From assembly GCA_963667725.2 (NCBI GenBank), contig CAXXHO010000003.1, positions 736,001 to 800,000 of the forward strand: a stretch of DNA of 64,000 bases, read 5' to 3'. The notes beneath the pieces were generated by a model. That model was not told where the DNA came from, made no database searches, and saw only the letters and a list, made by a program, of their open reading frames with translations. The stretch comes from Treponemataceae bacterium. Its GTDB lineage: Bacteria; Spirochaetota; Spirochaetia; Treponematales; Rectinemataceae. The position numbers and the translations under genes are program-made. Shown piece by piece: positions 1 through 8,366 of the stretch. Position 1 is the first letter of the stretch. Each line of letters starts with the position of its first letter.

Positions 1-240
1 TTCATACTCGCCGGAGGAAGGCCGGCCTGATTCCCTCTTGGCGGGATACCAGATTTCGGTCGTAAGCGTCCTGTCGTAGAGGGGGGCTGGCTTGCCGGTA
101 TCGGTCCTGGCCACGTCCACCTGTCTTGGGTTCGTGAAGGTGACAGTTTTCACCCCCACGGGCAAGGCTCCGAACGGCGCCAGGTCGGGCGCGTCGGGGC
201 GGATGGCGTCTATGCGATTGCCGCTGGTTTCTTCATTCAT
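1..240 (-). CDS. Alpha/beta hydrolase (predicted dienelactone hydrolase-like), N-terminal part; runs off the window edge
   Basis: Manual translation from ATG 240 (ATGA overlap with the upstream stop): MNEETSGNRIDAIRPDAPDLAPFGALPVGVKTV...YDRTLTTEIWYPA; the G..PVG and R.L..EIWYPA pattern is typical of this family. Confidence 0.6.
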   Translation of the reverse strand, partial: MNEETSGNRIDAIRPDAPDLAPFGALPVGVKTVTFTNPRQVDVARTDTGKPAPLYDRTLTTEIWYPAKRESGRPSSGEYE

Positions 241-1346
241 CGATCTTTCCTCCGCCGGATGAGGGCCGCCGCCAGAATGCCGATCGCCGCGGCCAAGGCG
301 GCGAAGGCGAGTGGTGTATTGTAGCGTACGTTTTTATAGACATCGCCTTCTCCCGGGAGGGGGAGGGGTATAGGGTCGTAGGGGAGTCCGTTTTTCGCCG
401 CGAGGGACCTGATGTTAAGGAGATTGATCACGGGGATTCCCCGAGCGGCATACTCATAGATAAGGCCCCGGTCGGCCGATGGGGGAATGCGCGGCGGGTC
501 CATAACGAGGCCCTGAGGAAAATCGAGGGTATAGGAGGACGCGCCGCTGTTGGAGCTGGCGCCGCCGATATTCACGAAGCATTCGATTTTTTTCCCCGCC
601 GAAGCCTCTTCGAAAAGCTCAAGGCGTCGCGCGATGCTGGCCTCGAGATCGGGCGGGGTAAAATCGATGAACTCGACGCCGGTTTCCGTTGCCAATCCGG
701 CGATGATCGCGCGCGAATCCTCGAAGAGAGGGTTTTCGCCGTGGTCGCCGTCGGCTCCGGGAGAGACGGCTATCAGCGAATAGGGGATTATCGACGCGTC
801 GGAGAGGATGCGGATCATCTTGGGCGTGGTGAATTCTGGTCTTGTCGCCCCATACATCGACGAGCCGAAGGAGGCTATCGTCAGCGCCTCGAGTCCCATT
901 TCCCGGGCAGCGCAGAGCGTCGCTATGGTCATGCCCGGAAAGGATCCGCTGGCGCCCACCGCGATCAAGTCTCCTTTTTTGAGTCCCGCCTCGTGAAAAT
1001 AGCGGACCATGAGGGCCGCGAAATTGGGATTGAGGGTGCTCCGCTTGGCTTCCAGATCCCCGAGCGTCGTCGTCAAGGCTGTCCACTCGGGTCCGATCAG
1101 GCCCGTCGAATTGGGATCGAGCTCTCTTTCTATGGGGATGTTCTCGGAAACGAGGGCATTTTGGAGAATACTTTCCGCTTTGGCCATCAGCCTCGCGGCG
1201 GCCAGCTGGGTTTCGTAGAGGGGGTAGGGAACGGCGGTCTTCGTCGCCTGAAGCAGGACGAAACCGAGGCAGGCCGCCGCCAGGGCGCCGGTGAGATATC
1301 CCGCGCTTATTCGCGAACGCTGGAAATAGGCCGCCTTTCCTTTCAT
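237..1346 (-). CDS. pgsW: Poly-gamma-glutamate system protein (PgsW-like)
   Basis: Real start likely MKGKAAY at 1346 (ATGA overlap with the pgsC stop); N-terminal TM, DPN.TGLIG.E...TTTLG.LEAKR...NPN and SGSFPG motifs, C-terminal TM; follows pgsB-pgsC. Confidence 0.8.
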   Translation of the reverse strand: MKGKAAYFQRSRISAGYLTGALAAACLGFVLLQATKTAVPYPLYETQLAAARLMAKAESILQNALVSENIPIERELDPNSTGLIGPEWTALTTTLGDLEAKRSTLNPNFAALMVRYFHEAGLKKGDLIAVGASGSFPGMTIATLCAAREMGLEALTIASFGSSMYGATRPEFTTPKMIRILSDASIIPYSLIAVSPGADGDHGENPLFEDSRAIIAGLATETGVEFIDFTPPDLEASIARRLELFEEASAGKKIECFVNIGGASSNSGASSYTLDFPQGLVMDPPRIPPSADRGLIYEYAARGIPVINLLNIRSLAAKNGLPYDPIPLPLPGEGDVYKNVRYNTPLAFAALAAAIGILAAALIRRRKDR

Positions 1347-1777
1347 CGGAAGACGACCACCATCATGACGAGGCGGATGACGATCGCCGCGAGGAGAACC
1401 ATGGCTATAGTCTTCGCCACGCCCTGTTTGAGCATGTCGTTGGCGATCAGGCCAGGGACGATATAGCCGATGATTCGGATGTCCTGGCTGAGCCAGTCGA
1501 CATAGAAGAATGCCTGTTCGAAAATCCACGTGCCGGCGAGGCTGAGCAGCACTGTAGCCATGAAACGCCGCCTTCCGAAAATGATCATGAAACGCTGCAG
1601 AAGGCGGATAAGCAGGAATATGAGGATCGCGAGGACCATGGTGGAAAGCAGGCGCAGCGGCTGCTCCAGATAGAATGCCAGATAGCCCGGGGAGATGAGG
1701 CCTCCGGCGGAAATGCCCAGGAATTCGCTGGAGAGAAATCCCAATATGATGCTCAATCCTATAGATTCCTGAAGCAT
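1343..1777 (-). CDS. pgsC: Poly-gamma-glutamate biosynthesis protein PgsC/CapC
   Basis: 144 aa hydrophobic; AGGLISPGYLA, FGRRRF and IGYIVPGLIAN motifs. Confidence 0.9.
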   Translation of the reverse strand: MLQESIGLSIILGFLSSEFLGISAGGLISPGYLAFYLEQPLRLLSTMVLAILIFLLIRLLQRFMIIFGRRRFMATVLLSLAGTWIFEQAFFYVDWLSQDIRIIGYIVPGLIANDMLKQGVAKTIAMVLLAAIVIRLVMMVVVFR

Positions 1778-2949
1778 TCCCCCTCCTTCTTCCTTCCATA
1801 AGGGTAACCGTGTTCCATACAGTAGGTCATCAGCGCTTTGCCCATGCCGTAAATGTTGCCGACGCCGAAAAGCAGGAAAGATTCGCCGACGCGAGCCGCC
1901 AGGTCGGAGAATAGGGCTCCGAAGTCCGTTCCGCTTGCGCAGGTCATGGTCTCGAGTCCGGAATTCCCGAAGCCGCGCGCCACTTTTTGCCTATGCTCGC
2001 CCATGGCGACAAGCAGCCTGATGTTCCCTAATCTGCCGGGCAATCGCAGGAATTCCGGAATTCTGTATTCGCGGTCGGCGCGGTTGTTGTAGAGGAGAAT
2101 GAGGGGCAGATCGGGGGGCAGGAGCCTGGTAGCCTCATTCCATACCATTTCCGTGGAAAGGATATCGTTCGCCGCGAATCCGTTGACGAAGATCATGCTG
2201 TACGTCGGCGACTCGACGGCGAACAGGCGAAGCACGCCGATGTCGGGCTCGGCTTTGATCATCCCCTCGATGGCCTTTTCCCTGTCAATGCCAAGCTCCG
2301 AGGCGACCTGAAGGGCGATGGACAGGTTTTCCGGGAAGACGGGATAGGAAAAGCGTTCCAGGATATCCTCGGTAAGGTCAGATAGATTCGCCACGACGAC
2401 GCGTCGCGCCGCGCCCGCGATGGGCGAACCCGCAAAGCGGGAGTCGGAAGTTATGAGCGTGCCGTCGGGGGGAATGGAAAATGAGAGGGCGGCTTCCGTG
2501 TCCGCGACGGTGGGCCCCATTTCCTCCACGTGATCCACGCGCGCGTTCGTGATGACGGTGATGGTGGGTCTGACGAGCTGGCTTCGCATCAGCATCTGCG
2601 ACTCAGGTCTCACGGCCATGCACTCGACGACGAGGGCCTCGGCTTTTTGCCGCGCCGCCAGCCTCGCGAGGGCTTTCTGTTCGGTAATCCTGGCCCCCAA
2701 GGGGCGCCTGACCGGCGTCTCGCTCCCGTCTTCGAGGATGACGCGGGCTTCGGAGCCTGTCGTCTTGGCTATCGTTCTGTACCCCGCCTCCCTCAACGCG
2801 CCCGCGATAAGCCGCGTGACGCTGGATTTGCCCCGGGTTCCGTTGACGAGGATGCGTATCGGTATTGAGCGCAGATTTTTTTGATGGAAGAAGTTTTCCG
2901 CCAGGCCCAAAACGAATAGCGCCAAGCCGAAAACGATGACAAGCTGCAC
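1759..2949 (-). CDS. pgsB: Poly-gamma-glutamate synthase PgsB/CapB
   Basis: IPIRILVNGTRGKSSVTRLI, AKTTG, ECMA, ITNARVDH, NGFAAND, NNRADR motifs. Confidence 0.92.
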   Translation of the reverse strand: MQLVIVFGLALFVLGLAENFFHQKNLRSIPIRILVNGTRGKSSVTRLIAGALREAGYRTIAKTTGSEARVILEDGSETPVRRPLGARITEQKALARLAARQKAEALVVECMAVRPESQMLMRSQLVRPTITVITNARVDHVEEMGPTVADTEAALSFSIPPDGTLITSDSRFAGSPIAGAARRVVVANLSDLTEDILERFSYPVFPENLSIALQVASELGIDREKAIEGMIKAEPDIGVLRLFAVESPTYSMIFVNGFAANDILSTEMVWNEATRLLPPDLPLILLYNNRADREYRIPEFLRLPGRLGNIRLLVAMGEHRQKVARGFGNSGLETMTCASGTDFGALFSDLAARVGESFLLFGVGNIYGMGKALMTYCMEHGYPYGRKKEGECFRNL

Positions 2950-2995
2950 ACGATGCTCCCGTTGCGGGCTTCTCTCCCGCGAGAGGAGTCCCCGT

Positions 2996-3028
2996 AAATA
3001 AAACCGGCACGGCTGAGTGCCGTGCCGG
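2996..3028 (-). terminator. Intrinsic terminator between the C69 peptidase gene and pgsB
   Basis: ccggcacggc-N5-gccgtgccgg 10-bp stem (3004-3028) followed on the minus strand by TTTTATTT. Confidence 0.7.
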
Positions 3029-3043
3029 AAGTATACAACAGGC

Positions 3044-4666
3044 TTACTTTTTTTCCACTGGCTTGATGGGCGCTTTGGACATGATTTCGCTCCACCACTT
3101 ATTGGGTGTCTGCACTTTCATTTTCTTGTTGCCCCACATATAGGTGCCGAGCAGCTGGTCGCCGAGGGCGAGCCAGTCAGTGTGCCACATTTCGGCGTTG
3201 GTGTAGGCGTAGGAGGTGAGCAGATCGATGGCCTCCGCCTTCTTGCCCTGGTTGATCAGGTTGGCGGCCGTGTTCTGGATCTCGTCCACGATCTTGTACT
3301 GGGTGTCCATCCTGGGCTGACGGAAGGCGTGGATGTCCTGGACCGCGCTCTGGTAGTTGATCCTGGCGATCTGCTGGACATAGGAATTGGTCCACCAGCC
3401 GGAATCGCGGCGGAATTCCTCATAGCGGTTGCCGGTCGTGTACAGGGAAGGCAGCTTCGTCATGGTCGGCCACAGGGGCGTGATATAGGTGGTGTCGGGA
3501 GCGCCGTAGCCGTACCACACGAGGCACTTGGCTTCGTCGGGCAGCCATGCTTTCACGTTCGCTATCATCACGTAGCAGGTCCTGAACAGGTTGATGGAGC
3601 GTTCCTTGTGGTAGGGAACGATGGGGTCGCCGTAGGGACCGGCATCCGGAGCGCGGGAAAGGTCATAGTCGGTGCCCTGATAGTAATCGGCCTTGATCTC
3701 CAGGACGTCCTGGACGGTAAGCTTCTTCTCGGGGATGACATAGAAGGGGAACCTTTTTGCGTTCGGGTCGAGCTTGAGCGAGGGGGCGACGAGGTCGAAG
3801 GCTCTCCACTCGCGGCGGGTGCTGTAGGCACCCTCGTAGGGGGCGTAGATTTCGGCGGGGGAGAAGGGAACGCCGGAAGCTTCTGACCAGAGACCGTTCT
3901 CGACGGCGAAACTCTTGATGTTCGGCGAATACAGGTAGTTTTCGTGGTCGTTGAAATCGATGGAGTCGATGCGCGCGCGGTTGGCGGCGACAAAGAATGC
4001 GTTTTTCGGGATGCGGCGGGCGGCCCAGAGATCGAGTCCGTAGAACTCGGCGATCCAGACATCGGTGCCGTCGGCGATATTGATGGTTTCGCCCGGGTCT
4101 TTCCAGCCGTACTTCTCGACGAGGCTTCCCATGACGAGCACCGCTTCCTTCGCGGTCGCGGCGCGCTCGAGGGCTATGTCCTGGGCGTTCCAGCAGTCGA
4201 TGAGTCCGAGGTTCTTTCCGAAGATCAGGTCATAGGTCTTCTTGCGGAGGGGCGTGGACTTGTCGAAGTTGAAGGTGCTCTCTCCCATCGACACGCCCTT
4301 CTCGTTGATGAAGGAATAGCGCGAATGGAAGTAGGCGTAGGTCTGGGCGGCTTCGGGGATCTCGGCCACGAGGGTGCCGTTTCCGTAGTCCTTGACCTTG
4401 GGATACTGGCCGAAATCGCCGTAGTTGTGCGAATCGATGACGAGGTCGCGCGTGGCGCCGGCTGCTTGTTTCCCGCCCGGGGTGATCCAGAGGCGGAAGT
4501 CCGCTCCGGAGGAATCGTCATTGTGCGTGACGACGGTGGAACCATCGGCCATGGCCTCGGTGCCGACGGCGACGATCGTGCAGGCGAAGGCTGACTGGGC
4601 GTTCATGAACAATGCCGCCGCCAGTATCAGCAGGACGGCCATCGCTCTCTTCATTCCTTTGTGCAT
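3044..4666 (-). CDS. Secreted C69 family dipeptidase (Ntn hydrolase)
   Basis: Signal peptide ending SAFA followed by CT (N-terminal nucleophile Cys); INEKGVSMGEST, IALERAATAKEA and ANRARI motifs. Confidence 0.85.
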   Translation of the reverse strand: MHKGMKRAMAVLLILAAALFMNAQSAFACTIVAVGTEAMADGSTVVTHNDDSSGADFRLWITPGGKQAAGATRDLVIDSHNYGDFGQYPKVKDYGNGTLVAEIPEAAQTYAYFHSRYSFINEKGVSMGESTFNFDKSTPLRKKTYDLIFGKNLGLIDCWNAQDIALERAATAKEAVLVMGSLVEKYGWKDPGETINIADGTDVWIAEFYGLDLWAARRIPKNAFFVAANRARIDSIDFNDHENYLYSPNIKSFAVENGLWSEASGVPFSPAEIYAPYEGAYSTRREWRAFDLVAPSLKLDPNAKRFPFYVIPEKKLTVQDVLEIKADYYQGTDYDLSRAPDAGPYGDPIVPYHKERSINLFRTCYVMIANVKAWLPDEAKCLVWYGYGAPDTTYITPLWPTMTKLPSLYTTGNRYEEFRRDSGWWTNSYVQQIARINYQSAVQDIHAFRQPRMDTQYKIVDEIQNTAANLINQGKKAEAIDLLTSYAYTNAEMWHTDWLALGDQLLGTYMWGNKKMKVQTPNKWWSEIMSKAPIKPVEKK

Positions 4667-4728
4667 AAGCTCTCCTTTTCTGGGGTAACTTCAATAATGC
4701 GGCTCACAGCCGCAAAAAAGCGCAAGAA

Positions 4729-5916
4729 TCATATCTCGAACACCAGCTCCTTGGCGGCCGTTTTGGGGTCGTGTAGGTAATGCCCGCAATCGTTCGCCTG
4801 GAGATCCAGGTAGGTCGGCCATTCGACGATCACTTCCTTTTCAGGCTGGAACTGGTTCATCCAATTGATGGCCTCGAGGGCGCCGGTAAGGTGTCTTCCG
4901 CAGCGGTACCAGAGGGGCGAGCCGAATTCCAGGTTGTAGGGCACGTAGGTGAGGCCGTGTTTGGCCGCCGTGGCCAGGAACTCGTCCTTGCCCTCGGTGA
5001 AAAGTTCCTCGGTCATGGGTCCCACCACGCGGTCGATGAAGGGCTCGGGGGTTTCCATGAGGATGGCCAGGGTGTCGCTGTAGTCGCCCCATTCGCGGTG
5101 CGAGAGGCCGCGCAGCCCCTTGGGCGAGGATTCGCATTTCATGTCGAAGGTGCCCGCGCTCAGGTTCATGGCCGCCATCATCGCGAGGTCAAAGGACCTT
5201 TCGTGGGCGACATAGGTGCCCACCACGGGGTACATCAGCGAGGCTTCATGCGCGTCGATCGACAGATCGATCTTTTCTCGCCTGATGAGTTCCATGATCG
5301 CGTAGGAGGCGCGTTCGGTGAGCGTCCCGTCCTTGCGCCCGGGATAGGTGCGGTTCATGTTCCTGATATCCTGGTAGGCAAGGCTCTGTTTGGAAGGATA
5401 GTTGACGTAGGTGAAGGGGTCGGGCCACTGGTCCAGGGGATTCGTCCCGCGGTCGCCGATGCGGAACTTCTTGCCACCGAATTCAGTCTTCACGGTGAAG
5501 AACTTCGGATAGGCGTTGCCCAGCATGCCCGTGGTCGAGCCCGAGCGGTTGCCCTGGGGGATCACGAAGACCTTGCCCTTGGTCACCTTGATGTTCTCCA
5601 TCATGATGTAGGCCGAGAGGCTGGTGGCGGGCTCGTAGGGATGCACGTTGGCCATGTAGAGGACTGATCCGCCGGGAACCCCGGAGTCGTACACGAATAT
5701 GGGCGTGTCCATCCAGGTGCCTTTGATGTTCTCGAGGTAGTCGCTCAGCATCTTCACTTCGGTCAGCCCGGGCGCCGACACGACGGTTTCCTTGTAATGT
5801 CTCAGTTCGTAGAATTCCCTGCCGCCCATGAAGGCGAGGGCGAGGGCGGCCGCGAGAAAGAAAATTTTGAGATAGAGTCTCGCCTTTCCGCTCGCGGGGG
5901 CTTTTTTCGTTTCCAT
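4729..5916 (-). CDS. Membrane-anchored succinylglutamate desuccinylase/aspartoacylase (M14-like) deacylase
   Basis: H-P-Y-E, RNMNR.YPG and DAHE metal/substrate motifs; N-terminal TM; GGAG before ATG 5916. Confidence 0.75.
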   Translation of the reverse strand: METKKAPASGKARLYLKIFFLAAALALAFMGGREFYELRHYKETVVSAPGLTEVKMLSDYLENIKGTWMDTPIFVYDSGVPGGSVLYMANVHPYEPATSLSAYIMMENIKVTKGKVFVIPQGNRSGSTTGMLGNAYPKFFTVKTEFGGKKFRIGDRGTNPLDQWPDPFTYVNYPSKQSLAYQDIRNMNRTYPGRKDGTLTERASYAIMELIRREKIDLSIDAHEASLMYPVVGTYVAHERSFDLAMMAAMNLSAGTFDMKCESSPKGLRGLSHREWGDYSDTLAILMETPEPFIDRVVGPMTEELFTEGKDEFLATAAKHGLTYVPYNLEFGSPLWYRCGRHLTGALEAINWMNQFQPEKEVIVEWPTYLDLQANDCGHYLHDPKTAAKELVFEI

Positions 5917-5930
5917 TTTTCGTTCTCCTG

Positions 5931-6104
5931 TCACTTTATGCCCAGTACACGCAGAAGGAAGGGTATGAAACAGTATGCGTAGACGATGTCGTACACGATG
6001 CCGGGCCTGGCCGTGCGCTTGAAGAAATTCCGCAGGAGGAAAAATCCGATTATCCCGGCTATGATGAAATAGATGACGTGGATGATCTGTTCGAATAGCA
6101 CCAT
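5931..6104 (-). CDS. Small two-TM membrane protein (57 aa), absent from the ORF track; possible small transporter subunit
   Basis: Manual translation MVLFEQIIHVIYFIIAGIIGFFLLRNFFKRTARPGIVYDIVYAYCFIPFLLRVLGIK; fills the gap in the operon, purine-rich SD upstream. Confidence 0.75.
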   Translation of the reverse strand: MVLFEQIIHVIYFIIAGIIGFFLLRNFFKRTARPGIVYDIVYAYCFIPFLLRVLGIK

Positions 6105-6114
6105 GCGATCCCCC

Positions 6115-7401
6115 TTACTTCAGAAAAGCGAATTTGTTCGGGATGATAAGCATGACAAGCGCCAGCGCTCCCAAAAGGAGGACGGGCAGGAATATCTGCT
6201 TCAGGAAGGACATGTAGCTGCCCTTGTAGCCCACCGTCTCGCAGGAAATGCGTCCCACGATCCTCGACGGCGGCAGGCAGTCCCCTATGGGGAAGATAAG
6301 GCTCAGGGCCGCGCAGACGACCGTCGTGTTCATGCCCGCCGCGTTGAACATAAAAATGAGAGGCGTGCCGAATATGATGGCGCTTCCGTAGCTCAGGCTG
6401 CCCTGCGCCACGGGACAGAAGAAGAGCACCGTGAGAAGGATCCAGATCATCGGCAGGGTCACGAAGGTGATGCTCAAAAGACCCCGTACGCCGGTGGCCG
6501 CCATGACATTCACCAGGGCGCCAACGCTTATGACCGTCGCGAGGAGGGGGAAGACCTGTTCCATCGTCTTCTTCATCACTCCATAGTAGTCAGCGAGCGT
6601 CGACTTCCTCGGATTGCAGAGGACGGCGGCCAGGGTGGCCAGAACGAACATGAGGGGAAGGCCGAAGACCGGGGTGGAGAAAGGCGCGTACAGCGAGAGG
6701 AGGATGAGCCCCACGAGAAGCACGAGGGGGCAGAGAATCCTGAACCAGCCCATGTTGGCTTGCCCTTCCGGAAGTTCGGCGAGGATCTTTTCCTTGCTCT
6801 CCCTCTTGGCGCCCCAGCCCAGATAGATGATGGTGAAGGTGCCGACGATAACGATCGGCAGGAGGAGAAGCTTGGAAAAGCCGACATAGGGCATGTTCGC
6901 CTGCGCCGTCATCAGCATCACCCAAAGATTGATGGGCGGAGCCGCGGCGGAGAGAATGGCGAAGATGAACACGAAGGCGGTGGTTTTCTTGTCTGAGAGG
7001 CCCATGTAGCGCACGACCGTGGACACCAGCCCTCCCACCACGAAGATCGAAACGGAACCGGCGCCCGTCAGCGCTCCCGGAATCAGCATAAAGACAGCCA
7101 TGCAGATGAGGAGAAGCCATTTGCTGTCGATGCTCTGGACGAGCTTTCTCGTCACGACATTCATGGCTCCCGAGTAGGAATAGATGTTGACGAAGAGCGA
7201 GGCGCAGACAAAGAGGATGGCGAGATCGAAGTTGGTGAAGAGTCCTTCCACCAGAATCCGCACGGGAAAGCCGAGGCCCGCCGCGATCGCGCCCACGACC
7301 GCCGCGATCACCATCGAAATTTCGGGCGACTTGAGCTTCCAGCTCGAAATGACGAAGCTCGCGACCATCGCGACGAGCACTATCGACGTTTTAAGATACA
7401 T
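6115..7401 (-). CDS. TRAP DctM-like / ion transporter superfamily large permease
   Basis: 428 aa polytopic membrane protein; PGALTG, AAPPIN and GDCLPP helical-hairpin motifs. Confidence 0.75.
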   Translation of the reverse strand: MYLKTSIVLVAMVASFVISSWKLKSPEISMVIAAVVGAIAAGLGFPVRILVEGLFTNFDLAILFVCASLFVNIYSYSGAMNVVTRKLVQSIDSKWLLLICMAVFMLIPGALTGAGSVSIFVVGGLVSTVVRYMGLSDKKTTAFVFIFAILSAAAPPINLWVMLMTAQANMPYVGFSKLLLLPIVIVGTFTIIYLGWGAKRESKEKILAELPEGQANMGWFRILCPLVLLVGLILLSLYAPFSTPVFGLPLMFVLATLAAVLCNPRKSTLADYYGVMKKTMEQVFPLLATVISVGALVNVMAATGVRGLLSITFVTLPMIWILLTVLFFCPVAQGSLSYGSAIIFGTPLIFMFNAAGMNTTVVCAALSLIFPIGDCLPPSRIVGRISCETVGYKGSYMSFLKQIFLPVLLLGALALVMLIIPNKFAFLK

Positions 7402-7417
7402 ACAATACCCCTTACTT

Positions 7418-8020
7418 CTATTTTATGAATATTTTCTTGCACAGCTCGGTGAAGTCGATGGCGTTGTCTATGACGGTGAGCGGAATCTTGTATTTCGCCT
7501 TGAGCTTGTCGAAACGTTGGTCGGTATTGCCGCCCTTGATGACGATCATCCAGTCCGCGCTCGGGCAGATGGTGTCGATGCAGCGCTCGTTGGGGTTTGT
7601 AGCGATGGTGGAACGCTTGTCCTTCTCGAGCAGCACGGCGATGATCGGCAGCTTGCTGTCCTTGGCCGTCTTCACCATTTTCTGGAGCCTGGCGATTTCC
7701 TGGTCGATGGTGATGCCCGAGGCGCCCAGACCCTTGTCCGAGGATCCGATGATTACCATCAGCGCCTTGTAGGGTCTTTCCTTGATGTCCGTCTCCACCG
7801 GCTCCGATTTGTACCAGAAATCCTGATCCAGCATGATGGTCTTGGTCTGCGACACGAGAAGCCGCGCCATCTTCCCTCCAGGTCCCTGACCAGCGTTGGT
7901 GATGAGCATAGGAAGCCCGTACTGTTTGATAGGATCTCCCGAACTGGCGGCGAAGACGAATCCCGGCGTGACGACAAACAGAGCCGCGAGCGCCAAGAGC
8001 AGAGTCGTTCCTTTACGCAT
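7418..8020 (-). CDS. Exported DUF6305-like protein, candidate solute-binding partner
   Basis: Signal peptide; LITNAGQ, IGSSDKGLGASGI and GN.D.RF motifs. Confidence 0.65.
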   Translation of the reverse strand: MRKGTTLLLALAALFVVTPGFVFAASSGDPIKQYGLPMLITNAGQGPGGKMARLLVSQTKTIMLDQDFWYKSEPVETDIKERPYKALMVIIGSSDKGLGASGITIDQEIARLQKMVKTAKDSKLPIIAVLLEKDKRSTIATNPNERCIDTICPSADWMIVIKGGNTDQRFDKLKAKYKIPLTVIDNAIDFTELCKKIFIK

Positions 8021-8117
8021 TTGTGTATCTCCTTTTCCATTAATAATTCTATATATATTAATTATACAGATGTGCAGCTGCGTTGGCTGATTTCAGTCAG
8101 TCGATTGAGCTGGTCAC

Positions 8118-8145
8118 ATTCTATAGCAGGTTGACATGTTGTCAA
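8118..8145 (-). promoter_or_regulatory. Sigma70-like promoter for the DUF6305-pgs operon
   Basis: Minus strand TTGACA-N16-TAGAAT in an AT-rich intergenic region. Confidence 0.45.
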
Positions 8146-8366
8146 GGCAACTCGCCGGCTAATTCGAATATGTACACCAGAATTTTGTGAAACATAGTTA
8201 ATTCTTGTTGCAGGATGAAATTGTTTCTATCGGAAGAATTGTGGATTTATATCCATTTTAACGTGTATATAATCATATTAATACCAAAAACGCCTAACGT
8301 TGACACGCTTGGACGCGATGTTTTTTGCGGACTATTTTAAGCGCTGAAACACGGCCCGGTCATTTT

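Noticed and set aside
1347..1799. N-terminal 150 aa of the 520-aa ORF
   Set aside because: Alternative frame of pgsC; the real protein starts at 1346
8185..8202. Rex-like site TTGTGAA
   Set aside because: Only one half-site matches
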